A DNA stretch of 64,000 bases from Bacillota bacterium (GTDB lineage: Bacteria > Bacillota > Sulfobacillia > RBS10-35 > JAJYVN01). Shown in pieces: positions 55,201 to 63,775 of the stretch; positions within the stretch are counted from its first letter, which is position 1, and the number at the start of each line of letters is the position of its first letter. The notes under the pieces are model-generated. The model was not told the DNA's origin and ran no database searches. It saw only the letters and a list, made by a program, of their open reading frames with translations. Both the position numbers and the translations under genes were made by a program. The stretch covers positions 100,072 through 164,071 of the forward strand of contig JAJZXK010000001.1 of assembly GCA_021806565.1 (NCBI GenBank). Direction: 5' to 3'.

Positions 55201-56600
55201 TGAAACAGGAGCCCGGCGGGGTGCGGTCCGTCGCCGATGCCCTGCGTTACGACTGGGCCTCGACGCTGGCATGGGCGGTCCCGGGCGGCCCGTGGGAGAT
55301 GGAGGGGCTTGCGGCGCGCGCGGTCGAACTGGCGGTCGAATCCCCACGCACGCCCTGGACGGTATTGGCACTGGTTGAGGACGCTCCACTGTGCGGCCGC
55401 TTGGCCAACCTGCATATCGCGATCTCTGCGCTGGCGTGGGCCAAGGAAGCCGGGCGCCGCCTCGGCCGGCCGGTGGCGCCCACCGTGTGCCTGCTGCCCG
55501 GCCGCCGCCGCGCCATGGGGCCGCTGTACGCCGTGGGTGCCCGGGGCGAGTTGCGCCGTATGAGCGCGCCGGAGGGAGGGCCGCGGGCGGGGTTGGCCCT
55601 GACCGGAGCCGTGGCGGAGGTCTGCCACCGCGATTGGCCGGTGGCGCGGCGGGCCTTGGCCGAAGCCGCCGCCGCCGGCGGCGACGTCGACGCGGGATGG
55701 GCCTTGCGGATTTGGCGCGGTTTGCTGGAGCCACTGGGCTGCACCGTCTGGCACGCCGGCCTGCCGCCCCTGGCCGCCGCCCTGACGGCCGCACGCTCGA
55801 CGGTGCGGGCGCGATCCGCCGACATCGCCGCCGATGTCGCCGCCGCCGCCCGGCGCTTGACGCTGAGCGGTCTCGGCGTCGCAGCCCCGGGCCAGGCATT
55901 GAACGCCGCGTTCGCCTCCGGTCTGGACGGGCACGGGGGGCTGTTGTTGCTGCTGTCGATCTGCCTACGCCCGCTGGGGATGGTGGCCGACGACGACGAC
56001 CTGGGCGTCTTGGCCCAGCTTTCCGGGGCGGCCGCGCGGTTCACGGGCGGACGCCCGGCGCTCCGGCCGCGTCCGCGACACACCCTGGTCCCGCCGGCCG
56101 CCGCCGCGTTCGCCCGTGCCCACGGCGCCCCGCTGGCGGATGGTCCCGGGGCCCTGCGCGCGGCCCGGGACCGCGCCCTCCTGGGACGCGGCAGCCCCCG
56201 GGTGCAACGCCGCCTCCACGACCTGGACCGCAGTTTGGCGGCCGCCCTGACTGAACTCGAGCAGGCGGTGTCGACGGAGTTGCCGCGCGCCGGCGGTCTG
56301 GTGGCCGCGCGCGGCGAGCGTCTGCGCCACGGTGTCGGCCTGCTGAGGGCCGAACTCGCCGCGCGCGAACGTGGTCGCCAGACCGCCCTCGCCGCGGCCT
56401 GGCGCTATCTGGCCAACACCCTCTACCCGCTCGACCACGATCAGGAGGAGTGGCTGGCCGCCTACCCGTGGCTGGCCGCAGGGGCGGGGGGCCTGCTGGC
56501 GCGGCTGCTTCGAGAAGCGGCGGGGGCGGAGCGGCGATGGGTGTGCTGGCCGGAACCCGGCGCCCGCGCGGTGGGGGTGGCGCCGCGCCGGCCGGCATAG
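55201..56600 (+). CDS. hypothetical protein (466 aa, Ala/Leu/Arg-rich, no recognisable domain)
   Basis: ATG at 55201 with upstream AAAGGGGCGG RBS-like sequence. Long ORF immediately followed (9-nt gap) by the GT2 gene. In high-GC DNA the call is tentative. Confidence 0.45.
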
Positions 56601-56608
56601 ACTGGTGC

Positions 56609-57445
56609 ATGATGCAGGTGAGCGTGATTCTGCCGGCCCGCAATGAGACGCGCCTCGCCGCGACCCTGCGCAGTTTGGCCGCGACCCCGGCCGGGGTCGG
56701 CTTCGAAGCGATCGTCGTCGACGACGGCAGTTCCCCTCCTGTGGATACGGGTGGCGGGCTCGGGCTGGCGCTGCGGCAGGTCCGGACGGCGGGCGAGGGC
56801 GCGGCGGCGGCACGCAATCGCGGTGCGGCGTTGGCGGCGGGCGACGTGCTTTGCTTTTGTGACGCGCACCTCGAGTTCCGCGCCGGATGGCTCGGGACGC
56901 TCGTGGCGGCGCTGCAGGCCTTCGACGCGGTGAGCCCCGGGATCGCTTCCGGCGACGGCGCCGTCGGCTATGGCTGCACATGGGGCCCGGACTTCCGTAT
57001 TGAGTGGTTGGGGCGGCCGCAGGGCCTGTGCGAGGTACCCTTCTTGCCGGGCGGCTGCCTGGCGGTGCGGCGAAACGTCTTTCACCGCGTCGGCGGCTTT
57101 GACGCGGGCCTGGTGCCCTGGGGCCACGAGGACGCCGAACTGTCCTGGGCGTTGTGGCGGTGCGGGGCAAGGCTCGGAGTCGAGCCGGCGGCGACCGTCG
57201 TCCACCACTTCCGGACCCGCCACCCGTATCTGGTGTTGCAGGACCAGGTGGACCGCAATCTGCTACGTTTGGGCTGCGTCCACTTCGGTGCCGCGCGCCT
57301 GTCGAGGCTGGCGGCCCACCTGCGGGCGGGGCCCGCGGCGTTGGCGTCGGTATGGCGCGAGGCAGACGCGCGGCGTCGCCACCTCGCCGCCCTGCAGTGC
57401 TACGATGATGATTGGGTGTGCAACCGCTTCCACCTTCCGCTGTGA
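56609..57445 (+). CDS. family 2 glycosyltransferase (GT-A fold)
   Basis: MMQVSVILPARNE... (GT2 N-terminus), DDGSSP (DxD region), ...GGCLAVRRNVFHRVGGFD... ~278 aa. Confidence 0.75.
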   Translation: MMQVSVILPARNETRLAATLRSLAATPAGVGFEAIVVDDGSSPPVDTGGGLGLALRQVRTAGEGAAAARNRGAALAAGDVLCFCDAHLEFRAGWLGTLVAALQAFDAVSPGIASGDGAVGYGCTWGPDFRIEWLGRPQGLCEVPFLPGGCLAVRRNVFHRVGGFDAGLVPWGHEDAELSWALWRCGARLGVEPAATVVHHFRTRHPYLVLQDQVDRNLLRLGCVHFGAARLSRLAAHLRAGPAALASVWREADARRRHLAALQCYDDDWVCNRFHLPL

Positions 57446-57617
57446 GGTCCGGCCGCGCCAGGGTCCGGCGCTTGCTGGGCGGCCGTTCGCCGGGGCCACG
57501 CGCGCCTGGAGCGGAGGCCAGCGATCTCCAGCAACGACGCAGATTGCCACCCTGCGGCGGGCGATCCACCGCTATAATTGCGCTGGCGCCAGTGTCGCGC
57601 CGGGGGACGGTGGGGCT

Positions 57618-58166
57618 GTGCGGGCTTACGGCGCGCGGTTACCGGTCGTGCTCGGGGCGATGGCAACCGTCCTGGCGGTATTGTTCGGCCTGCAGTTTCT
57701 GTATGCGCGTCAGGCCGTCGTGCTGCCTCTGAGCACGCAACTGCGCCAGACACCCGGGGTCAGTGGTCAGCCGGTCGTCCGCCAGAGCGGGGGGAGCCTG
57801 CACATCCGGGTGCGCCTCCAGCAGGTGCCCGATCTGCGCGCGACCTACCACCAACTCCTGTCTGTCGTGCGCGCGGCGGCGGGTGGGCGGACGGTCCACC
57901 TGCGGGTGCAGGATAGCGCCACCGCGGCGCTGCGCGCGGATTTCTACCGGAAGTTGAACTTCATCATCGACCAGGGCCGGGCGACCGGCCAGTATGTGCA
58001 GATGCGGCAGGCCTTCTTGGCCGCGAGCCGCAGCCTGGGCCTCTCCGATGCACAACTGACGGTGGGGGAGGCGCACGTGTACGTGGCATTGACACAGGGT
58101 TCACACGACCTATACGAGATTCTGCCACTGCGCCTGCCGGCGGCGGCCGCCGGTGGTGCCGGATGA
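57618..58166 (+). CDS. hypothetical membrane-anchored protein
   Basis: GTG-initiated ORF with N-terminal TM (LPVVLGAMATVLAVLFGLQFLY) and a ~150-aa soluble region. Stop overlaps the start of the downstream FtsH-like gene (ATGA). Confidence 0.4.
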   Translation: MRAYGARLPVVLGAMATVLAVLFGLQFLYARQAVVLPLSTQLRQTPGVSGQPVVRQSGGSLHIRVRLQQVPDLRATYHQLLSVVRAAAGGRTVHLRVQDSATAALRADFYRKLNFIIDQGRATGQYVQMRQAFLAASRSLGLSDAQLTVGEAHVYVALTQGSHDLYEILPLRLPAAAAGGAG

Positions 58167-59689
58167 AGCGTTGGTGGGAACTGAGCCGGGTGCGCGACGC
58201 GCTGGCCGGGGCGGCGGTCGGGGTCGGTCTGTTTCTGGTGGTGCACTTCCCGTCCATGCTGCCCCTGTTGGTGATGGTCGCCCTGGGTCTGCTGCTCTTG
58301 CGGATGATGGGCGGCATGCCCGGTCTGCGGCCGCGGTTTACGCCGCTTGGGGCGAACCGGGGGGTCGTGGCGGCGGCGCCGGTCGGTTTCGACGACATCG
58401 GCGGCCAGGCCGCGGCCAAGCAAGAACTGCGCGAGGCGCTGGAATTCCTGCGCCAGCACGAACGCGCGCGCCGCCTGGGCATCCGCCCGCTCAAGGGCAT
58501 CCTGCTCACCGGCCCGCCAGGAACCGGTAAGACGATGCTCGCCAAGGCGGCCGCTTCCTTCACCGGATCTCTGTTCATCGCCTCGTCCGGGGCGGAGTTC
58601 ATCGAGGTGTACGCCGGGGTGGGCGCGCAGCGGGTGCGGGAGTTGTTCCGCCGCGCGCGCGAGGAGGGCCGGCAGCAGGGGTCCGGCGTGATTGTCTTCA
58701 TCGATGAGTTGGAGGTCATCGGCGGCAAGCGCGGCCGCCATCAGAGCCATCTGGAGTATGACCAGACGTTGAACCAGCTACTGGTGGAGATGGACGGCGT
58801 CCAGTCCGACGACCCGACGCGCGTGCTGGTCATCGGTGCGACCAACCGCTCGGATCTGCTTGACGACGCGTTGCTGCGCCCGGGGCGCTTCGACCGGGTC
58901 GTGCGCGTCGACCTTCCCGACCGCGAGGGGCGGCTGCAGATCCTGTCGCTGCATACGCGCGGCAAACCGCTGGCCAGCGGCGTCGATCTGGAGCGCATCG
59001 CCCAGGAGACCTTCGGGTTTTCGGGTGCGCATCTGGAGAGCCTGAGCAACGAGGCCGCCATCCTGGCCATGCGGGAAGGACTGGAGCAGGTGCCGGACCG
59101 CTGTTTCCAAGAAGCCGTGGACAAGGTGCTGCTGGGTGAGAAGCTGCAACGCCGGCCGGCGCGGCAGGAGCGCTACCGGATTGCCGTGCACGAGTCGGGG
59201 CATGCGGTGGTCGGCGAGGCCCTGCGTCCCGGGACGGTGGCGCGGGTCACCATCACGTCGCGCGGCCAGGCCCTGGGCTACGTGCGCCAGACACCGAAAG
59301 ACGACACCTACCTGTACAGCCGCGAGGAGCTTGCGGACGAGATCGCCCGCCTCCTTGCGGGATCACTCGCCGAGGCGTCGGTGTTCGGCGACCGCAGCAC
59401 CGGCGCCGCCAGCGACTTCAGCCAGGTGGGGCGGCTGGTGCGTACGATGATCGGCTCCGGCATGTCGCGCCTCGGGGTTGTGGATGTCGACGAGTTGCCG
59501 GAGCAACTGCTGCACCGCGAGCACTGCGCCCTGGTGGCCGAGCAGGAGGATCGGGTCCGGGCCTGCCTGGACACCCATCGCGCGGCCCTGCTGGCCCTGG
59601 CGGACCTGCTGGTCGAGCGCGAGTCCCTGCCGGGGGATCAACTGCGCTCGCTGCTGGCGGAAGTCGGAGCGCCGGCTCAGGTCGGCTGA
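58163..59689 (+). CDS. FtsH-like AAA+ ATPase / zinc metalloprotease (M41) lacking the large periplasmic domain
   Basis: N-terminal TM segments. AAA Walker A GPPGTGKT, Walker B IVFIDELE, SRH (ATNRSDLLDDALLRPGRFDR). M41 zinc site HESGHAV. 508 aa. Confidence 0.85.
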   Translation: MKRWWELSRVRDALAGAAVGVGLFLVVHFPSMLPLLVMVALGLLLLRMMGGMPGLRPRFTPLGANRGVVAAAPVGFDDIGGQAAAKQELREALEFLRQHERARRLGIRPLKGILLTGPPGTGKTMLAKAAASFTGSLFIASSGAEFIEVYAGVGAQRVRELFRRAREEGRQQGSGVIVFIDELEVIGGKRGRHQSHLEYDQTLNQLLVEMDGVQSDDPTRVLVIGATNRSDLLDDALLRPGRFDRVVRVDLPDREGRLQILSLHTRGKPLASGVDLERIAQETFGFSGAHLESLSNEAAILAMREGLEQVPDRCFQEAVDKVLLGEKLQRRPARQERYRIAVHESGHAVVGEALRPGTVARVTITSRGQALGYVRQTPKDDTYLYSREELADEIARLLAGSLAEASVFGDRSTGAASDFSQVGRLVRTMIGSGMSRLGVVDVDELPEQLLHREHCALVAEQEDRVRACLDTHRAALLALADLLVERESLPGDQLRSLLAEVGAPAQVG

Positions 59690-60144
59690 TCCTCATCCGA
59701 TTCTCCGTCGAGATCTCCCAGATCTTCTTCGTCTTTTTCGTCTTCGTCCGTCTCGTCGTCCTCGCTCAGGATACCTTCGCTGACCAGCACGGAGACCTCG
59801 GCCTGCGAGGCGACGACGACGGCGTCCTCAGGGGAGCACCGCAGCTCCAGCACCCCGATGGGCCCTTCCAGTTCCAGATAGGCTTCGGCCGGGTGGCCGC
59901 TGGTGCGGTCGAGCGTGGTACGTACCACGCGCCCACCCAGCCCGTCGACCACCCGCAGGAGCAGGGTGTAGGTGTGGGGACGGGGGAATCCCACCTGGGC
60001 GATGTGGGCCTGAATCATCATCGCCGAGTGTTCGCCGATGCCGATGCCGAGGCTGCGGTCGCCGGCGCGTTCCCGAAGAACCGCCACCAGGTTTCCGTCT
60101 TCCGTCCGTCCGACCGCGTCCACCGCCATCTCGACCATTGCCAT
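59677..60144 (-). CDS. bifunctional nuclease (BFN/DUF151) domain protein with acidic C-terminal tail
   Basis: MAMVEMAVDAVGRTEDGNLVAVLRERAGDRSLGIGIGEHSAMMIQAHIAQVGFPRPHTYTLLL... matches DUF151. C-terminal EDDETDEDEKDEEDLGDLDGESDED. Start overlaps the ogt stop (TGATG). Confidence 0.7.
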   Translation of the reverse strand: MAMVEMAVDAVGRTEDGNLVAVLRERAGDRSLGIGIGEHSAMMIQAHIAQVGFPRPHTYTLLLRVVDGLGGRVVRTTLDRTSGHPAEAYLELEGPIGVLELRCSPEDAVVVASQAEVSVLVSEGILSEDDETDEDEKDEEDLGDLDGESDEDQPT

Positions 60145-60662
60145 CACCCCGCACGCTCCGCCGCGGCGGCGTAACGCTGCTCGTGCTCCAGTAACCACTG
60201 TTTGCGGTTCAAGCCACCGGCATACCCCGTCAAGCGTCCGTTGGCGCCGACCACGCGGTGGCAGGGGAGGATGATCGAAAGGGGGTTGGCACCGCAGGCG
60301 CGGCCCGCGGCGCGCACGGCCCGGGGCGATCCGGCCGCCGCCGCGATGGCGCCGTAAGTGGTCCGCCGCCCGTAGGGGATGGCGGCCATGGCGTCCCAGA
60401 TGCGCCGTTCGAACGGCGATCCCTCGACCGCGCACCGCAGCCGGAAGGTTTGCAACTGTCCGTTGAAGTATGCTTCCAGTTGTTCGGCCGTGTCCCGCAT
60501 CGCCCGCGGCTCGTGGAGGAACTGCGCCCGGTGGCGCCTGTCCAGGGATTCCAGGGCGGTCCACTCCGGGCCGTCGGCCCAGTCGCACCAGCACAGCCCG
60601 GTGGGAAGCGCGGCGAGCAGCAACGGTCCCAGGGGGCTTGGTAGGACGCGGTATGCGGCCAT
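60144..60662 (-). CDS. ogt: methylated-DNA--protein-cysteine methyltransferase
   Basis: Active site PCHRVV. Conserved ...[17 protein letters not shown]...[35 protein letters not shown]. 172 aa. Confidence 0.9.
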   Translation of the reverse strand: [172 protein letters not shown]

Positions 60663-60692
60663 GGCCTGTCACCTCCCAGTCGGAGATCCGGG

Positions 60693-60706
60693 CCTAAGGG
60701 TACATC
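60693..60706 (+). promoter_or_regulatory. 14-bp palindrome CGTTCgcggGAACG in the ogt/cinA divergent intergenic region (candidate operator)
   Basis: Perfect 5-bp inverted arms with a 4-bp spacer, 25-40 nt upstream of cinA, between two DNA-damage genes. Not the canonical Cheo box (CGAAC-N4-GTTCG) orientation. Confidence 0.3.
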
Positions 60707-60733
60707 GTTCGCGGGAACGGGGGAAGGCATCGT

Positions 60734-62050
60734 TTGGCGCTTGTGGTGGAATCGATCGCGGTGGGTACCGAGTTGCTTCTGGGGCAGATCGCCAACACCA
60801 ACGCCCAACTCTTGGCGCGGATGTTGGCCGAACAGGGTCTCCATCACTACTTCCAGTCGACGGTCGGGGACAACCGGGAGCGACTGACCCAGACCCTTCA
60901 CCTGGCTCTCGGGCGGTCGGATGTCGTGGTCACCATTGGCGGCCTCGGCCCGACGCAGGACGACCTGACCAAGGAGGTGGTCGCCGGCGTCTTCCACCGC
61001 GGTCTGGTGGTGCACGAACCGTCGTGGGAGCGGATCCGCGGCCGGATCGGCGCGGCGTCCACTCCCAACAACCGCCGCCAGGCGGAGATCCCCGCGGACG
61101 CCGAGGTGATCGCCAATGAAGTGGGCCTCGCGCCCGGGGTGCTGCTGGCGGCCCCGTACCGGGCCCCCGGTTCGGAGGAGGCCCTGGCCCGGGTGGTCAT
61201 CTGCCTGCCCGGTCCGCCCAATGAGTTCGGGCCGATGGTCCGCGGCCCGGTCGCTCAATACCTCGCGGCCCTGGCCCACGGAAGCGGCCGTCAGGCGGCG
61301 ATCCAGTCGCGGTCGCTGCACCTGGCGGGCGTCGGTGAATCCAAGGCGGAGCACCTGCTGCAGGACGTGATCGCGGACTTGGACCGGTCGGGCGGGGTGA
61401 CCCTGGCGACGTACGCCAAGCCGGGCGATGTCGAGGTGCGCCTGACGGCGCACGCGCCGACGGCGGAGGAGGCTCAGGCGCTGTTGCGTCCGGTGGAGGA
61501 GGCCGTGCGGGCGCGCGTGGGCCCGTGGGTGTATGGGACGGATGGCGCAACGTTGGGCGGCGCGACCCTGCGTGTCCTATCCGAGACGGGCCGCACACTG
61601 GCGGTGGCGGAGTCGTGCACCGGTGGCGAACTGAGCGCCTGGTTGACGGCCGACCCGGGCGCTTCGGCGGGCTTTCTTCTGGGTGCGGTCACCTACGGCG
61701 ATGCCGCCAAGAGGGCGGTGGCCGCCGTCGACGCCGGATTGCTGGCGGAGGACGGCGCGGTGAGCGCGGCGGCGGCACGCGCGATGGCGGAGGGCGTGCG
61801 GCGCCAGGTGGGGGCCACCGTGGGGTTGGCGGTCACCGGCTTTGCGGGTCCGGAGGGCGGCACGGCGGCGGATCCGGTCGGCACCGTGTACGTCGGCCTC
61901 GCCGCTCCAGAGGGCACGTGGGATCGACGCTTGACGCTGCGCGGCGACCGGGCCGCCGTCCGCCGCCGCGCTGTGCAGGAGTCCCTGCAATGGCTGCGCC
62001 GCTACGCGGTCGATGGTGCGGCGGCCATGCGGCCAGGCAACGACGGCTGA
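60734..62050 (+). CDS. cinA: competence/damage-inducible protein CinA (MoCF-biosynthesis-like N-domain + CinA C-domain)
   Basis: N-terminal ...IAVGTELLLGQIANTNAQLLA... and C-terminal ...LAVAESCTGGELSAWLT..GAS..F..GAVTY CinA deamidase domain. 438 aa. Confidence 0.9.
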   Translation: MALVVESIAVGTELLLGQIANTNAQLLARMLAEQGLHHYFQSTVGDNRERLTQTLHLALGRSDVVVTIGGLGPTQDDLTKEVVAGVFHRGLVVHEPSWERIRGRIGAASTPNNRRQAEIPADAEVIANEVGLAPGVLLAAPYRAPGSEEALARVVICLPGPPNEFGPMVRGPVAQYLAALAHGSGRQAAIQSRSLHLAGVGESKAEHLLQDVIADLDRSGGVTLATYAKPGDVEVRLTAHAPTAEEAQALLRPVEEAVRARVGPWVYGTDGATLGGATLRVLSETGRTLAVAESCTGGELSAWLTADPGASAGFLLGAVTYGDAAKRAVAAVDAGLLAEDGAVSAAAARAMAEGVRRQVGATVGLAVTGFAGPEGGTAADPVGTVYVGLAAPEGTWDRRLTLRGDRAAVRRRAVQESLQWLRRYAVDGAAAMRPGNDG

Positions 62051-62177
62051 GGCCCGAGGCCCGTCCGCGCCCGGCCCGTGACGGGACGGGCGTCGGGGTG
62101 GTTGGGTCCGCTCGATGGCCATCGGACCCGACCACCTGAGGTCTTGGGCGCGGTCCACGGGCAGCAGGCGGCGGAGG

Positions 62178-63173
62178 TTAGGGCCTGTCCCCGATTTCCA
62201 CCGCCGTACCACTATCGAGGGCGTCGCGGGCTGCCAGTGCGATCCGCAGGGCGGTGACCGCGTCTTGGGCGGGTACCACGGCGCTCGGCGTACCCGAGCG
62301 CAGGCAGGCGGCGAAGTGTTCCAGTTGCAGGGTGTACGGATCGCCGGGCGCGACGCTCACGGTGCGGCCGGGCTGGCCGGGGAGTTGCAGCGTCAGCGCG
62401 CTGATCCCACCGGCCGGCTCGTCGGGCCGGGACCCTCCGGCGCGAAAGATGTACTCAATGACGCCCGCGTCTCCACGGACGCGGATGGTCGAGGTGAAGG
62501 GAAAGCCTTCGGGCAGGTCCGCGGCCGCCTCGGCGACGGCGGCGGCCTGCTCGAACCGTAGGCTGGTGAACACGTGCCGGTCGCGGCCACAGGCGGCCAC
62601 GCGCCGGGGCGAGCCAAGGAGCCATGCGAGGTAGTCGTCGTCGTGGATCTGCAGGTCGACGACGGGCCCGCCGTTGAGGACGCGCCGCGGGGCGGGATCG
62701 GGGTCGGGCCCGGGTCCCTGCTGCAGCCGCAGGGCGAGCGCCGAGGTGGGGGTGCCGATGGCGCCTTGGTGCACCATCTGCCGCAGTTGCACGTACTCCG
62801 GCCAGAATCGCACCACGTGGGCCACGAGCAGCAGGCGGCCGGCCGATTCGGCGGCTTGGACCATGCGCTGGCCGTCGTCCACGGTCAGCGCGATCGGCTT
62901 TTCACACACGACGTGCCGTCCCGCCGCCAGCGCCGCGAGGGCGACCGCGCAGTGGTGGTCGGTCGGCAGGCAGATGTCCAGGACGTCGGCCGGGACCTGC
63001 AGCAGGCGGTCCAGGTCCGTGATCGCCTCGGCCCCGACTTGGGCCGCGAGGGTCTGCGCCCGCTGTGGCGTCCGTGAATACACCGCGGTGACCCGGACGT
63101 CGGGAAGTCCAGCCCAGCGGATCGCATGCGTCTCTCCCATGAAGCCGGCTCCGGCGACCGCCACTCGCAGCAC
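62178..63173 (-). CDS. Gfo/Idh/MocA-family NAD(P)-dependent oxidoreductase
   Basis: MLRVAVAGAGFMGETHA Rossmann N-terminus. EKP motif (VVCEKPIALT). 331 aa. Confidence 0.82.
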   Translation of the reverse strand: MLRVAVAGAGFMGETHAIRWAGLPDVRVTAVYSRTPQRAQTLAAQVGAEAITDLDRLLQVPADVLDICLPTDHHCAVALAALAAGRHVVCEKPIALTVDDGQRMVQAAESAGRLLLVAHVVRFWPEYVQLRQMVHQGAIGTPTSALALRLQQGPGPDPDPAPRRVLNGGPVVDLQIHDDDYLAWLLGSPRRVAACGRDRHVFTSLRFEQAAAVAEAAADLPEGFPFTSTIRVRGDAGVIEYIFRAGGSRPDEPAGGISALTLQLPGQPGRTVSVAPGDPYTLQLEHFAACLRSGTPSAVVPAQDAVTALRIALAARDALDSGTAVEIGDRP

Positions 63174-63233
63174 CGCACATCACCCCGGAGGCGCTTGTTG
63201 GCGTAGCGGGTCCCTTACCCCTGCCGCCGCGGA

Positions 63234-63674
63234 TCAGTCGCGACGCGTCAGACGGCCGGCCTGCAGCCAAAGGGCGCGCCGGCAATGCGGGCAGGTGAGC
63301 GGTTGGCGCCACCACAGGCGCAGGACCGCCGTCGGTGTGCCGCAGTATGGGCAGGGGAACGTCGGCTCGGCGGGATAGGGGGAGATCCAGGCCAGCAGTG
63401 CCGCCAGACCACCGGCCGGCATCAGCAGCAGTCCGCCGTAGAAGAATGGCGGCACCGCCCATTGCAGCGGCCGCCACATCAACAGCGAGGCGCCGGTGAG
63501 CCAGAGCGCAAGGCCGATGGTGGCGACCCTCAGCCAGACCCGCACCCAACCGATGCGCAGTCCGAGTTGGTCGCGCAGGTCCGGCCGCCGCGCCGGCGGC
63601 CGTTCGCGTCCTGCTGCGCGCGTCGTGGCGTCCGCCCCCTTTCCCTTGCGCCGGTGTGCTGCTGAGGCTATCAT
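63234..63674 (-). CDS. membrane protein with C-terminal zinc-ribbon (CPxCG...CPHC)
   Basis: Start at MIASAAH (comp. ATG 63672-63674). 2-3 TM helices, then PCPYCGTPTAVLRLWWRQPLTCPHC. The longer supplied ORF would overlap the tRNA-Sec and is rejected. Confidence 0.4.
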   Translation of the reverse strand: MIASAAHRRKGKGADATTRAAGRERPPARRPDLRDQLGLRIGWVRVWLRVATIGLALWLTGASLLMWRPLQWAVPPFFYGGLLLMPAGGLAALLAWISPYPAEPTFPCPYCGTPTAVLRLWWRQPLTCPHCRRALWLQAGRLTRRD

Positions 63675-63680
63675 GCGCGC

Positions 63681-63775
63681 GGGAGTAGCAGGAAGACTGG
63701 TGTCGCCCCCGGTCTTCAAAATCGGTGGGGGGCGCGTGCGTCCCCGGTGGGTTCGATTCCCACCTACTCCCGCCA
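63681..63775 (+). tRNA. selC: tRNA-Sec (selenocysteine tRNA, anticodon UCA), 95 nt, 8/5 acceptor/T-stem architecture
   Basis: GGGAGTAG...CTACTCCC-G-CCA perfect 8-bp acceptor stem. T-arm GTGGG-TTCGATT-CCCAC (5 bp). Anticodon arm CCGGT-cTTCAaa-ATCGG with U33 and anticodon TCA. Long variable arm. Overall closely parallels E. coli selC (GGACUUCAAAUCCAG vs GGUCUUCAAAAUCGG; GGUUCGAnUCC). Confidence 0.8.

Noticed and set aside
54471-55934. N-terminal ~490 codons of the supplied 1143-aa dehydratase ORF
   Set aside because: IlvD/EDD homology begins ~25 codons upstream of the internal Met at 54392. Everything further upstream is Arg/Pro/Gly-rich, has no homology, and overlaps better-supported genes (small TM protein 54596..54865; hypothetical 55201..56600 on the other strand).
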